From an uncultured Flavobacteriaceae bacterium (lineage in GTDB: Bacteria; Bacteroidota; Bacteroidia; Flavobacteriales; Flavobacteriaceae): DNA of 50,097 nt. Under the pieces are notes generated by a model, which saw only the letters and a program-made list of their open reading frames with translations, was not told where the DNA came from and did not search any database. Both the position numbers and the translations under genes were made by a program. Shown in pieces: positions 19,173 to 28,099 of this stretch. Within the stretch, counting starts at the first letter, position 1, and every line of letters begins with the position of its first letter. The stretch is taken from positions 1-50,097 of the forward strand of contig CAKMZM010000002.1 of the NCBI GenBank assembly GCA_929200365.1, written 5' to 3'.

Positions 19173-20480
19173 TTATTCTTGCGTGATTTTTCTTATTTTG
19201 TGATCATTCATATCAGCCACGTATAGATTATTATCTGTACCTATTGCAATACCAAAAGGAAAATCAAACTGGGCTGCACTACCTTGTCCATCTGCAAATC
19301 CTGAGGTGCTACCCGCTAGTGTGCTTACCACTCCTTCTGGTGTTATTTTTCTAATTTTATGATTACCGGTATCCACTACGTATAGATTATTATTTGTATC
19401 TATTGCAATACCAAAAGGAAAATCAAACTGGGCTACACTATCTTGTCCATCTGCAAATCCTGAGGTGCTACCTGCCAGTGTGTTGACCACGCCTTGCGGT
19501 GTTATTTTTCTTATTTTATGATTCTCGGTATCCGCTACGTATAGATTAGTATCTGTATCTATTGTAATACCATGAGGAAAATTAAATTGAACCGCACTGC
19601 CTTGTCCATCTGCAAAACCTCGATTACTCCCTGCCAGTGTGCTTACCACTCCTTCTGGTGTTATTTTTCTAATTTTATGATTACGGGTATCCGCTACGTA
19701 TAGATTATTATCTGTGTCCATTGTAATACCACTAGGAGCATTAAATTGAACCGCACTGCCTTGTCCATCTGCGAATCCTGAAGTACTCCCTGCCAGTGTG
19801 CTTACCACTCCTTCTGGTGTTATTTTTCTTATTTTGTGATTACCGGCATCTGTTACATATAGATTATTATCTATATCTATGGCAATACCTTCGGGAGCAA
19901 GAAACTGGGCTGCACTACCTTGTCCATCTGCGAATCCTGAAGTACTTCCTGCCAGTGTGCTTACCACTCCTTCTGGTGTTATTTTTCTAATTTTATGATT
20001 ATAGGTATCCGCAACGTATAGATTATTATCTGTATCTATTGTAATCCTGTTAGGTCTATTAAACTGCGCCATGGTGCCGGTGCCGTCTACAAATCCTTGA
20101 GTACTACCAGCTATAGTACTTACATGTACCTCGGTAATAATATAGGTGAATTCTGGGCCGGTAAGTGTTGTACCACTTACAGATAGAGTTACCAGACCTG
20201 TAAATGCTCTGGTGGGCACAATTGCCTTAATTTGGGTATTGCTTACCGATTGTACAGTACCTTCTTTGTCATTAAAAAATACGTGCACCTTACTGATATC
20301 TTCACCAAAATTATTACCGTTTATGGTTACAATAGTAGTTTTTGGCCCACTGGTAGGGCTTATATTACTTAGAGTTGCTACTGGTGGTACTACTGGTGGT
20401 GTGTTGCCATTATCATCACTACTACAACTTGCTAGCACTAATACCAGCAATATCACTATACTATTTTTTATTGTTTTCAT
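19173..20480 (-). CDS. Surface lipoprotein, IPT/TIG domain + six NHL repeats
   Basis: LASCSSDD, ISPTSGPKTTIVTINGNNF, 6x 53-aa VSTLAGS..F..P.GI.ID..NNLYVAD..NHKIRKITP. Confidence 0.92.
   Translation of the reverse strand: MKTIKNSIVILLVLVLASCSSDDNGNTPPVVPPVATLSNISPTSGPKTTIVTINGNNFGEDISKVHVFFNDKEGTVQSVSNTQIKAIVPTRAFTGLVTLSVSGTTLTGPEFTYIITEVHVSTIAGSTQGFVDGTGTMAQFNRPNRITIDTDNNLYVADTYNHKIRKITPEGVVSTLAGSTSGFADGQGSAAQFLAPEGIAIDIDNNLYVTDAGNHKIRKITPEGVVSTLAGSTSGFADGQGSAVQFNAPSGITMDTDNNLYVADTRNHKIRKITPEGVVSTLAGSNRGFADGQGSAVQFNFPHGITIDTDTNLYVADTENHKIRKITPQGVVNTLAGSTSGFADGQDSVAQFDFPFGIAIDTNNNLYVVDTGNHKIRKITPEGVVSTLAGSTSGFADGQGSAAQFDFPFGIAIGTDNNLYVADMNDHKIRKITQE
19176..20125 (-). repeat. Six 159-bp intragenic tandem repeats (NHL blades)
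   Basis: GTGCTTACCACTCCTTCTGGTGTTATTTTTCT-like block recurs at 19321, 19480, 19639 and onward with 159-bp spacing. Confidence 0.9.
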
Positions 20481-20629
20481 GTGTTCTTACTTTATTGTTT
20501 TTAAAAATTTTAATCTATGTTAGTATAGGTTAGCGTTGTATTAGGTATATAGATTACTATCAATTTTATTTTTAGGCGTACCCTTTGTTGTTTATTGATA
20601 ATGTCGTTTAGTTAAGTTTTTAATTGCTG

Positions 20630-20718
20630 GTCAGAGCTTTTCGATAAATTCAGGGCAGGCCTGTCGAAGACATTTGAAAACACAAATTTGGGATCACTTC
20701 GACAGGTTTGGTTTGACA
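20630..20718. repeat. Degenerate Bacteroidota REP element (GTC...GTCGAAG / CTTCGAC...GAC family)
   Basis: CCTGTCGAAG (20660-20669) / CTTCGACAGG (20697-20706) perfect IR, outer GTCA / TGAC ends. Confidence 0.65.
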
Positions 20719-20731
20719 TATTGATTTAATT

Positions 20732-21433
20732 TTAGTTAATTTGATATAAGATGCTTTTTGTGATTAGTTTTCCGTTTGCTTTGCGTGTTTCTTCTTTTAT
20801 CATACCCACACCTTCTGCGATCCATTGTTTAGTATGTTGTGTCGTGGTCATTCCCATGGTTAACTCATTGGTGTACCTAATTACATAGCAATCAAAAGTT
20901 CCTGCAGGGGTAGTAACTTGCTCTTTTGCAATTACTTTTCTGTTTAGCATATTGGTAGTCATATTTATGTTCATGATTCCTGTATTTACAGACATGTGTA
21001 CAGATGCATTAGGTAATTCCTGACCAATAGTTAAACTATTGGGGAAAGAGATGTCATCTCCCGTAATACTATACTGCATGTCATTATATTGATCAAGTAT
21101 GCCGGGGGCAATAAAAGATTCGGGGGCTAAACGGGTCGTTTTTCCAGCACAATGGGCTTTAAATGATGAGGTAACAATCGATTTATTGTTTTTTCCATCT
21201 TTTAAATGCATGGCAATAGTGATAACACTACGATTAGCTGTGTTTTCTACATCGGTTACCTTAAATTCACTTATGGTAGAGAGACGCTCCTTTTTATCAT
21301 ATTGATGAATGGTTAGTTTTTTGCCTTTCTCGCTAACATAAAATTTACTACAATTGTTGCTCTGGGCAGAAACCGATGTGAGTACCAGTACTGCAATTAA
21401 AAAAGCGATATGTTTTATCTGTTTGTATTTCAT
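20732..21433 (-). CDS. Secreted DUF3108/TapB-like protein
   Basis: Signal peptide ending VSAQ, KEQVTTPAGTFDC, WIAEGVGMIK; start at 21433 or 21451. Confidence 0.8.
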   Translation of the reverse strand: MKYKQIKHIAFLIAVLVLTSVSAQSNNCSKFYVSEKGKKLTIHQYDKKERLSTISEFKVTDVENTANRSVITIAMHLKDGKNNKSIVTSSFKAHCAGKTTRLAPESFIAPGILDQYNDMQYSITGDDISFPNSLTIGQELPNASVHMSVNTGIMNINMTTNMLNRKVIAKEQVTTPAGTFDCYVIRYTNELTMGMTTTQHTKQWIAEGVGMIKEETRKANGKLITKSILYQIN

Positions 21434-21458
21434 TTTTTTGATATGTGTCATGATGGTT

Positions 21459-22712
21459 TTATGGATTAAACCGAATTCTAATAGATTCTCCATTTTGCTC
21501 CACCAGTTCATAGGTTCGATCTATTGCATCTTGTATATAATCTGCATAATTGAAATCATTAGGTAAATTGATCAAATTCACATAATTCTCTTCGAAACGA
21601 GAAGTGTCTTCAAAATAATTGGTATAATCAGAGAGACTTTCTGGTAGCTGTGGAAGTGTTACTTTATTTGTACCATTATTTGGGATTGTAATGTCCCAAA
21701 AAAGGTTTTTGGCAGCGGGATTTATAATTTGAGTTTCGATATTGGTACATAAATAAATGCCAGATGGTTGTACTTGCAGACTGTTTGATGTAGAGGTGTA
21801 TGAAAAATCCCAGTTTGGTTTTGTAACGGATACTGTTTCAGGTAAAACATTAGTTTTAATTACTTTACTATGTCTTATTCCATCAGGGTGTGATGCTTCA
21901 TATCTTGTTAAGTAATACTCAAAACTTTCTGTAACTTCCAGGTATTGAGAAAGGTCACCTTCAAGATTAACAGATCTGTTGGTATCATAAATAGCATAAA
22001 GATCGGTGTAACTTCTATCTGAAGTATCATTTATCGTTATAGAGCTTGTTGGCACTATAGCGAAATCTGCAAAACTCAAAGTTCTATTTTCAGTTTCTTT
22101 ATAATTATCGATCCATGTATATCCATAAACCATTGGATCTACATCATTTGGCTTATACCTTATTTTTAGAAAAATTTTATCAGTAGAACTTTCTTTATTA
22201 TATGCATAGGTTTTGGTAGGAGCACTGGTTAGGGGATCGACTCCATCGGTAACAGTTCTGCTTTTTAGTCCATAAACAAAAAGTCTGATACGTGTAGCTC
22301 CGGTTAAGTTTAGCGTAAATTTTATGCTACCATTTCTGGTAGGCTGATAATTGGGAGCAATTGCACTACTACCTACAGGTACGTCTTTGATAGTGATTAG
22401 ACCTTTATAACTATCGGTTTCTAAAAGGGTAGTAAGCATAAAACTATTTGAGGTATACCCTTTTGCGGTTAGCGTATAAATCCCTGGTATTTTGTTGGTT
22501 TCTACGCTGGTTAAGATTTCGCCTTCAGCATTGTTGGCTATGATCATATTAGGTAAACTGTTTACACTAAGGTTAGAGTAATCAAATGTTGCTAATATGA
22601 TTTCTTGATTAGGATCTATTCCAGGATTGTTGTCGTCGTTTGAACAAGACAAGAATATGGCAATCGATAGCGATAATAAAAATGTATATAAAATATATTT
22701 TGATGTTTTCAT
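21459..22712 (-). CDS. Hypothetical surface lipoprotein (beta-rich)
   Basis: FLSCSNDDNN lipobox + acidic export signal; 417-aa ORF. Confidence 0.8.
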   Translation of the reverse strand: MKTSKYILYTFLLSLSIAIFLSCSNDDNNPGIDPNQEIILATFDYSNLSVNSLPNMIIANNAEGEILTSVETNKIPGIYTLTAKGYTSNSFMLTTLLETDSYKGLITIKDVPVGSSAIAPNYQPTRNGSIKFTLNLTGATRIRLFVYGLKSRTVTDGVDPLTSAPTKTYAYNKESSTDKIFLKIRYKPNDVDPMVYGYTWIDNYKETENRTLSFADFAIVPTSSITINDTSDRSYTDLYAIYDTNRSVNLEGDLSQYLEVTESFEYYLTRYEASHPDGIRHSKVIKTNVLPETVSVTKPNWDFSYTSTSNSLQVQPSGIYLCTNIETQIINPAAKNLFWDITIPNNGTNKVTLPQLPESLSDYTNYFEDTSRFEENYVNLINLPNDFNYADYIQDAIDRTYELVEQNGESIRIRFNP

Positions 22713-22776
22713 TTTTTTAAGATTTAGATTTTAATAAATTCTACTCTTCAGCTTCATTTTTTTGATCAAGAAGTTT

Positions 22777-23790
22777 TTAATCTTCTTTAATACTGCTTAT
22801 TTCACTACTTCTACGTGTACCACCTGCACCATCACTACGATTACTTCCAAAAATCCATATCTCATCATTAAATAATAATGCGGTGTGACCGTTGATACCA
22901 TCTGTTCCTGGTCTGGGGCCTTCATATCTGGTCCAGGTAATCATATCTGAAGAATACCATATTTCATTATTAAAAGGCGTGATGTTATCTTTACCACCTA
23001 TCACCCATGCTTTATTGTTGTAAACTGTTGCAGAATGTGCATTTCTTTCAGAAAACAGCGTAGTGGGGCTAACTTCGGCCCACGAATGCCCATCGGTGCT
23101 GGTCCATATTTCGTTTACTTTGTTACTGTCTATATCTTCTCCCCCCATCAGATACATCACATCATTAAAAACGACACCTTTTTGCCCTCCTCTTCCGGGG
23201 AATGCATTATTGGTTTCCTGTATCCAATCTATACCATTTGTTGTAGACCATACCTCGGTTTGGTTAGTTGTACGATTTCCTTTTGTGACATACATTTTGC
23301 TGTTATATATGATAGTTTCGTGAGCTGGTAAATCTCCAAAAGGAGGTGATAATTCACTCCAGGAAACCCCATCGGCAGAATGCCATATATTGGTATATGG
23401 AACATCTGCAATGTCTTTACCACCGATAAGCCAAAGCTGATCATTAAACGTGGTTAATGTAGCTCCCGATCGAAAAGATGTAAAACTAGTTGGTGTACTA
23501 CTAGAAAGAGGAACAGTGGTCCAATTAACACCATTACTACTGGACCAAAGGAAATGAGATCCAGAACTACCGTATGTATTATAACCTCCGGCTGCATAAA
23601 TTTTTCCATCAAAAATGCCCATTGCAACTCCTGCAAATTCACCCATTTGATCTTCTTCAGTTTGTACTGTAAACCTTAAAGAAAGTTCTCCTCCTCGTAT
23701 AGGAGTAGTATTATCATCTTCTGAGTTACATGAAAAATGGGTGATTATTAGGGTGACTAATAGTAGTATATTACATCTTTTTGTTTCCAT
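22777..23790 (-). CDS. Kelch-repeat beta-propeller lipoprotein
   Basis: HFSCNSEDD, repeats FNDQLWLIGG / IWHSADGVSW. Confidence 0.85.
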   Translation of the reverse strand: METKRCNILLLVTLIITHFSCNSEDDNTTPIRGGELSLRFTVQTEEDQMGEFAGVAMGIFDGKIYAAGGYNTYGSSGSHFLWSSSNGVNWTTVPLSSSTPTSFTSFRSGATLTTFNDQLWLIGGKDIADVPYTNIWHSADGVSWSELSPPFGDLPAHETIIYNSKMYVTKGNRTTNQTEVWSTTNGIDWIQETNNAFPGRGGQKGVVFNDVMYLMGGEDIDSNKVNEIWTSTDGHSWAEVSPTTLFSERNAHSATVYNNKAWVIGGKDNITPFNNEIWYSSDMITWTRYEGPRPGTDGINGHTALLFNDEIWIFGSNRSDGAGGTRRSSEISSIKED

Positions 23791-23980
23791 TTTTTTCAAA
23801 TTTTACTTCTTTAATTGCTTTATTGTTATGTATTATTATTAATGTATATTTCCCAACTTCTAAATGATTTATATTTAAGTAAATAGTGTTCGTAGGAAAG
23901 TAGTTGAGGTCTACTTTATAAATCTTTCTTTTTTTACTCATGCCTGCATGATTAATCAATGAATCAGGTTTTAATACCAT
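23771..23980 (-). CDS. Small hypothetical protein resembling an isolated T9SS C-terminal-domain tail
   Basis: LNINHLEVGKYTLII...KEVKFEK; overlaps the start of the next gene. Confidence 0.55.
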   Translation of the reverse strand: MVLKPDSLINHAGMSKKRKIYKVDLNYFPTNTIYLNINHLEVGKYTLIIIHNNKAIKEVKFEKNGNKKM

Positions 23981-24182
23981 TTCTATCTTAAAACTTGTTT
24001 TTTTTGCTTATGCTAAACTAAGGGCTAAGGCTATGCTTAATGTCTAGTTGAGCTGAATACAAGTTTTTCTTTTTTACTTAAATAAAAAACAGCTGTATTG
24101 TATTTGAGTAATTTTAAAGCAAAAATGATAGTACTAGATTCTGGGGTAAAACTAGGAGATATGAAAATAGAGGGGTGCAATG

Positions 24183-24212
24183 TATGTAACAAAGGCTATG
24201 AATTATGTAACA
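24183..24212. promoter_or_regulatory. Candidate AraC-type operator (TATGTAACA direct repeat, 21-bp spacing)
   Basis: TATGTAACA at 24183 and 24204; 15/16 match to 32176-32191. Confidence 0.55.
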
Positions 24213-24261
24213 TTAGATAAATAGGGGGATTACCCTCAATGTTGTTTAGTTAAGAAATTAG

Positions 24262-24738
24262 GTGTATTGAAAACAGATCAAGGATGAATCTATTTAACTA
24301 TTGTATTAGACTTATTTGATTGCAAAATCATTGGTTGGTCTATTCAGTGAACGAATGGATACTAGTGCCACTATTATACCTGCTTGGAGTATGGCTTGTA
24401 ACTACAGAAATATTATCTTACCTCTTATTTTTCATTTTGACAGAGGGGTACAATATGCTTCTGATAGGTTTAGAAAAAAAATTGAGGCATATAAGTATGT
24501 AAAACAAAGTATGAGTAGAAAAGGTAATTGTTGGGATAATACAGTAGCAGAATCTTTCTTTAAATCATTAAAAGCAGAGGTTATTTATCCATATCGATTT
24601 ACAACAAGAAATCAAGCTAAATTAGCCGTATTCCAATATATTGAAGCTTGGTATAATCAAAATAGAAGACATTCAGCATTAGGGGAATTAACTATTAAAG
24701 AATTTGAAAAATGTAAACATTTAAAACAAGTCGCTTAA
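24262..24738 (+). pseudogene. IS3-family transposase (OrfB, rve integrase core) fragment
   Basis: KTDQG*IYLTIVLDLFDCKIIGWS (stop + frameshift), FHFDRGVQYAS, SMSRKGNCWDNTVAESFFKSLKAE, YNQNRRHSALG; 5' part missing. Confidence 0.9.
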
Positions 24739-24740
24739 AG

Positions 24741-24836
24741 GTTGTTTAAATTTGTCGTAAAAATGGTAAGAATTTCAGGCATTTTACGCACTAGTTTTTC
24801 GGATAGCTATTTTTTTGAACGTATTGTTTAAACTAC
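24741..24836. mobile_element. Degenerate MITE-like element
   Basis: GTTGTTTAAA / TTTAAACTAC ends (9/10 IR), internal GATAGCTAT. Confidence 0.4.
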
Positions 24837-24842
24837 TATTTT

Positions 24843-25385
24843 TTAGCTGTATAGCCTTTTTATTTTCTTTTCGTATTCAGTTATTTTTGAATCAAGACGT
24901 TTATTCAAAAAAGCATTTTTATTATTAAGAGTACTAGAAATCAATTTAGCCTCTTCACAATATTTCACAATTTTATCATTGCTCCAATGACTAGGTGGAG
25001 TTTGTAAATTTGTTATTCTGTCTGCTATTTTAACAAGTCCAACTTCTTTTTGAAGTTTATTTATTCGATTTAAACTATCGGTCATCCTTTTTTGTTTTGA
25101 TTGTAGTTTTTCATCTTTTGTAAGTGCTTTTACAGCTTTAGCTATAGGCTCTCCAAATTTATCTTTGATCTCTTCAAAATCTGCACTTGTATCTTCAATT
25201 GTATCGTGTAATATTGCTATTTGAATTGCAAAATCAATGTCAAAATTGTTATTATAAGCCATTAGGACTTCCATAGCTACATTTGAAATATGTAACAGAT
25301 AATTAGAATTTGTGCCAGGCACTTTTTGCTCACTGTGTTTTTCTCCAGCAAATTTCATTGCTTCTTGATATAATTCCTGTGTCAT
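24843..25385 (-). CDS. HD-domain small alarmone ((p)ppGpp) hydrolase, Mesh1/SpoT-HD-like
   Basis: FAGEKHSEQ, YLLHISNVA, AILHDTIEDT, VKALTKD, VKIADRITNL. Confidence 0.88.
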   Translation of the reverse strand: MTQELYQEAMKFAGEKHSEQKVPGTNSNYLLHISNVAMEVLMAYNNNFDIDFAIQIAILHDTIEDTSADFEEIKDKFGEPIAKAVKALTKDEKLQSKQKRMTDSLNRINKLQKEVGLVKIADRITNLQTPPSHWSNDKIVKYCEEAKLISSTLNNKNAFLNKRLDSKITEYEKKIKRLYS

Positions 25386-25541
25386 TTATTTTTTTGCAAT
25401 TAGATATAGCGACTTTATATAATCACAATTATTGAGCTAAATACACCTAAATTTCGATTATATACTGTATCTGCTACACTAGTTACCAAAAAAGTATGAT
25501 TGTTTTAACAGAAGATATTTTTTTAGTTTTTATCTTGTTGT

Positions 25542-25620
25542 ATACAAGGCAAAAAGATATATCAAGAAAAACTATTCAATCATTTTCAGTTAAGTGAGCG
25601 AATACCTAAAGAAAAATTTT
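25542..25620 (+). pseudogene. IS1182-family transposase N-terminal remnant
   Basis: (ATA)QGKKIYQEKLFNHFQLSERIPKE resembles the N-terminus of Bacteroidota IS1182 transposases; start codon mutated. Confidence 0.65.
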
Positions 25621-25651
25621 CTGGTCATCTGAAAACAGGACTACTATATTC

Positions 25652-25778
25652 TTAAATATGCGCCTAGCCAAATGGATACGTAACAAATATGAGAAATTCA
25701 GGCATAAACATAGATTCTTTGCTTACAAATGATTATTAGAAAACTGTAAAGCATTATTCAAACCTACTTGTGCATTAG
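25652..25778 (+). pseudogene. Group II intron RT/maturase C-terminal remnant
   Basis: LNMRLAKWIRNKYEKFRHKHRFFAYK*LLE / frameshift / TVKHYSNLLVH* resembles the maturase tail RLxxWxRxKYK...W...YPNLFxHW, with both Trp codons turned to stops. Confidence 0.6.
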
Positions 25779-25882
25779 CGCCATAAAACGTAAAATGAAA
25801 ATGAAGTCGTAAATCAAAAAGATTAGGTTTGGTTTAAAACTCTATACTTTAGGCTGAATGCTTAGCCCGTATTAATTATGAG

Positions 25883-26527
25883 TCAATGTTTGGGGACGGT
25901 AGTTATTTTTTTTCGTCCAACAAATCTTATTACAGAGCCTTTTCCGTTGTGGTAAAGTCCTTCATTTAATTCAATTTCTTTTTCTACTAACTCCAGAACT
26001 TCATAATTTTCAAAGTCAGATTTTAGTTCATCAGTTGAAAATAATGAGTCTAAGTCTGGTGGTCCTCCAACTTTAGGGTTTTTGTTTTGATATTCAAGAT
26101 GATTTTTGCTAAATGCTTCAAATATTACAATTCCCCCTTTTTTTAATTTCTTATCGAGTAATTTATGGTATTTCGACTTAATATTTGGTGGAAAGTGTGC
26201 ATAAATAAGAGCTATAGCATCAAATTGCTCATTTTCATAATTCAATTCAGGCAATAGTCCAACTTGATAGTGAATAGAGACATTATTTTCTTTGGCAAGT
26301 TTCAAAGCCTTATTTTTTCCTTCGATACTTATGTCAAATGCAGAGACATTCAAACCAAGTTTTGCAGAATAAACAGCATTTCTTCCTTCACCTTCCGCTC
26401 CAAAAAGAACTCTTCCAGTTTTGAGTTTCAGGATTTGTTTTTTAAGAAATTCATTCGGTTTAGTTCCATATGCAAAATCGTTTTCACGATACCTGTCATT
26501 CCATTTTTTTAACCAAGAATCTATCAT
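25883..26527 (-). CDS. Class I SAM-dependent methyltransferase (TehB-like)
   Basis: WNDRY...[32 protein letters not shown]. Confidence 0.9.
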   Translation of the reverse strand: MIDSWLKKWNDRYRENDFAYGTKPNEFLKKQILKLKTGRVLFGAEGEGRNAVYSAKLGLNVSAFDISIEGKNKALKLAKENNVSIHYQVGLLPELNYENEQFDAIALIYAHFPPNIKSKYHKLLDKKLKKGGIVIFEAFSKNHLEYQNKNPKVGGPPDLDSLFSTDELKSDFENYEVLELVEKEIELNEGLYHNGKGSVIRFVGRKKITTVPKH

Positions 26528-26582
26528 TTTAATATTTGTTCGATTTAATTACTGCTAATATTTAATATATGTGTCGAAACAG

Positions 26583-26751
26583 AGCAAAATGTTACCCCTA
26601 CTTTGTCATCTAAGAGCGTTTCCCTATCGGGTCGGGCTTTTCGTTACAATTCCTCGCACCTCCTATCGTCGGGCTGTGGGATTTTTACTACAATCCCTAA
26701 CACATTTTTACCAATACCATCTGTAAGATGGCAAAGTAGGATTACTTTGCT
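26583..26751 (+). ncRNA. Structured repeat, Flavo-1 RNA-like core (26614-26703) inside terminal inverted repeats, copy 2
   Basis: Inverted near-identical copy of 14007-14096; arms AGCAAAATGTTACCCCTACTTTGTCATCT / AGATGGCAAAGTAGGATTACTTTGCT. Confidence 0.6.
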
Positions 26752-26989
26752 TTTCGGTTTTTACAAACATTGAATCTTACCAAAAATACAATAACTATTC
26801 GATTAAACTTCTATCTGCTGTGATCACATATATCATATGTACCTCCAAGCATGGGCATCTTTTATTAGACATGAGGTAAATAATTAATCTAAAGGGCGCA
26901 AACTTTCTGTGAGTAGGGGTAACTGATTTGAAGTTTGATTGGATTAATCTCATATCTGGAAAATAAATTGTGTTTCATTAAATATAGTA

Positions 26990-27003
26990 ACCAAACGTTT
27001 GGT
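26990..27003. promoter_or_regulatory. TetR operator 1
   Basis: Perfect palindrome ACCAAACGTTTGGT upstream of the TetR gene. Confidence 0.75.
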
Positions 27004-27032
27004 AAAAAACTTTTTATTTGTATATTTACAGT

Positions 27033-27596
27033 ATGAGACCACAAAAAGTTACAGATCAGAATTTACTAGAGGGACTAATGTCAGTCATACGCTCTAAGGG
27101 GTATGATGGTTCGAGTCTAAATGATCTGGCAAATTCTACGGGTTTGAAAAAAGCAAGTTTATATCATAGATTTCCTAAAGGCAAGAAGGAAATCACTTCT
27201 GCTGTATTAATGTATGTTGAACAATGGGTTGAATTAAATATAGTTGGAGAACTTACTGATAGAACCCAAAAACCTAACGAAAGACTTAAAAGTGTAATCG
27301 AAAGTATAGATGATTTATATGAAGGAGGAGAAAAAATATGCATTCTGAGGGCATTAACAATGGAGAATAATATGGAGTTGTTTGGTAAGCAACTTAAAAA
27401 TATAATGACAAGTTGGATTGCTGGTTTTACCAATTTGGGTATTTCATTTGGTTTATCTGAAAAAGAATCTAAGAATAAAGCAGAACAAACGCTAATATTG
27501 GTACAAGGAAGCTTGATTGTATCTAAAGCAATGTCAACGTTAGAACCTTTTCAAAAAACATTAGTTTTAATTAATGAGATATACAAAATCAAATAA
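27033..27596 (+). CDS. TetR/AcrR family transcriptional regulator
   Basis: KGYDGSSLNDLANSTGLKKASLYHRFPKGK HTH. Confidence 0.93.
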   Translation: MRPQKVTDQNLLEGLMSVIRSKGYDGSSLNDLANSTGLKKASLYHRFPKGKKEITSAVLMYVEQWVELNIVGELTDRTQKPNERLKSVIESIDDLYEGGEKICILRALTMENNMELFGKQLKNIMTSWIAGFTNLGISFGLSEKESKNKAEQTLILVQGSLIVSKAMSTLEPFQKTLVLINEIYKIK

Positions 27597-27615
27597 AAAA
27601 ATTTACAAATAGTAA

Positions 27616-27633
27616 TTACCGAACGTTTAGTAA
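27616..27633. promoter_or_regulatory. TetR operator 2
   Basis: TTACCGAACGTTTAGTAA, variant of operator 1, upstream of the DsrE-like gene. Confidence 0.7.
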
Positions 27634-27669
27634 TATTTATCAATTAAATAATAATTAAAACAAAAAATT

Positions 27670-28035
27670 ATGAGTAAAACGGCAATTGTGGTTCTATCGG
27701 ATCCAAAAACAGGTTCTGAAGAAGCTTTAGGGCGAGTATTCAATGCATTAAGTGTAGCATATGATTGTAAGATAAATGACGAAGAAGTTGTAATTCTTTT
27801 TCAGGGTACAGGTTCAAGATGGCCAGAAACTCTTCAAAAAGAAGACCATCCAGTTCACGAACTTTACCAAGCTGTAAAAGGTAAAATAAAAGGAGTTTCT
27901 TCTGGTTGTGCAGGTGTATTCGGAGCAGATTCATCTGGTTTTGATTTAGTTTCAGAAAATCAAGTGCCTGGCACAAGTGGACTTCCAAGTTTTGTGAAAT
28001 TGCAAAAAGATGGATTTAAAATTATCACCTTTTAA
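27670..28035 (+). CDS. DsrE-family protein
   Basis: EALGRVFNAL, VVILFQGTG, GVSSGCAGVFG. Confidence 0.75.
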   Translation: MSKTAIVVLSDPKTGSEEALGRVFNALSVAYDCKINDEEVVILFQGTGSRWPETLQKEDHPVHELYQAVKGKIKGVSSGCAGVFGADSSGFDLVSENQVPGTSGLPSFVKLQKDGFKIITF

Positions 28036-28046
28036 GTAATTCACTC

Positions 28047-28087
28047 ATACACTACAAAATCAAAATGATTTTGTAGTGTATTTTTTT
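28047..28087 (+). terminator. Intra-operon hairpin/terminator
   Basis: ATACACTACAAAATCA-aaa-TGATTTTGTAGTGTAT 16-bp stem + T run. Confidence 0.75.
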
Positions 28088-28099
28088 AATAAAAAACTT

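Noticed and set aside
19176-20125. Possible diversity-generating retroelement TR/VR pair
   Set aside because: Repeats are in-frame NHL blades, differences are not confined to adenines, and no intact reverse transcriptase is present
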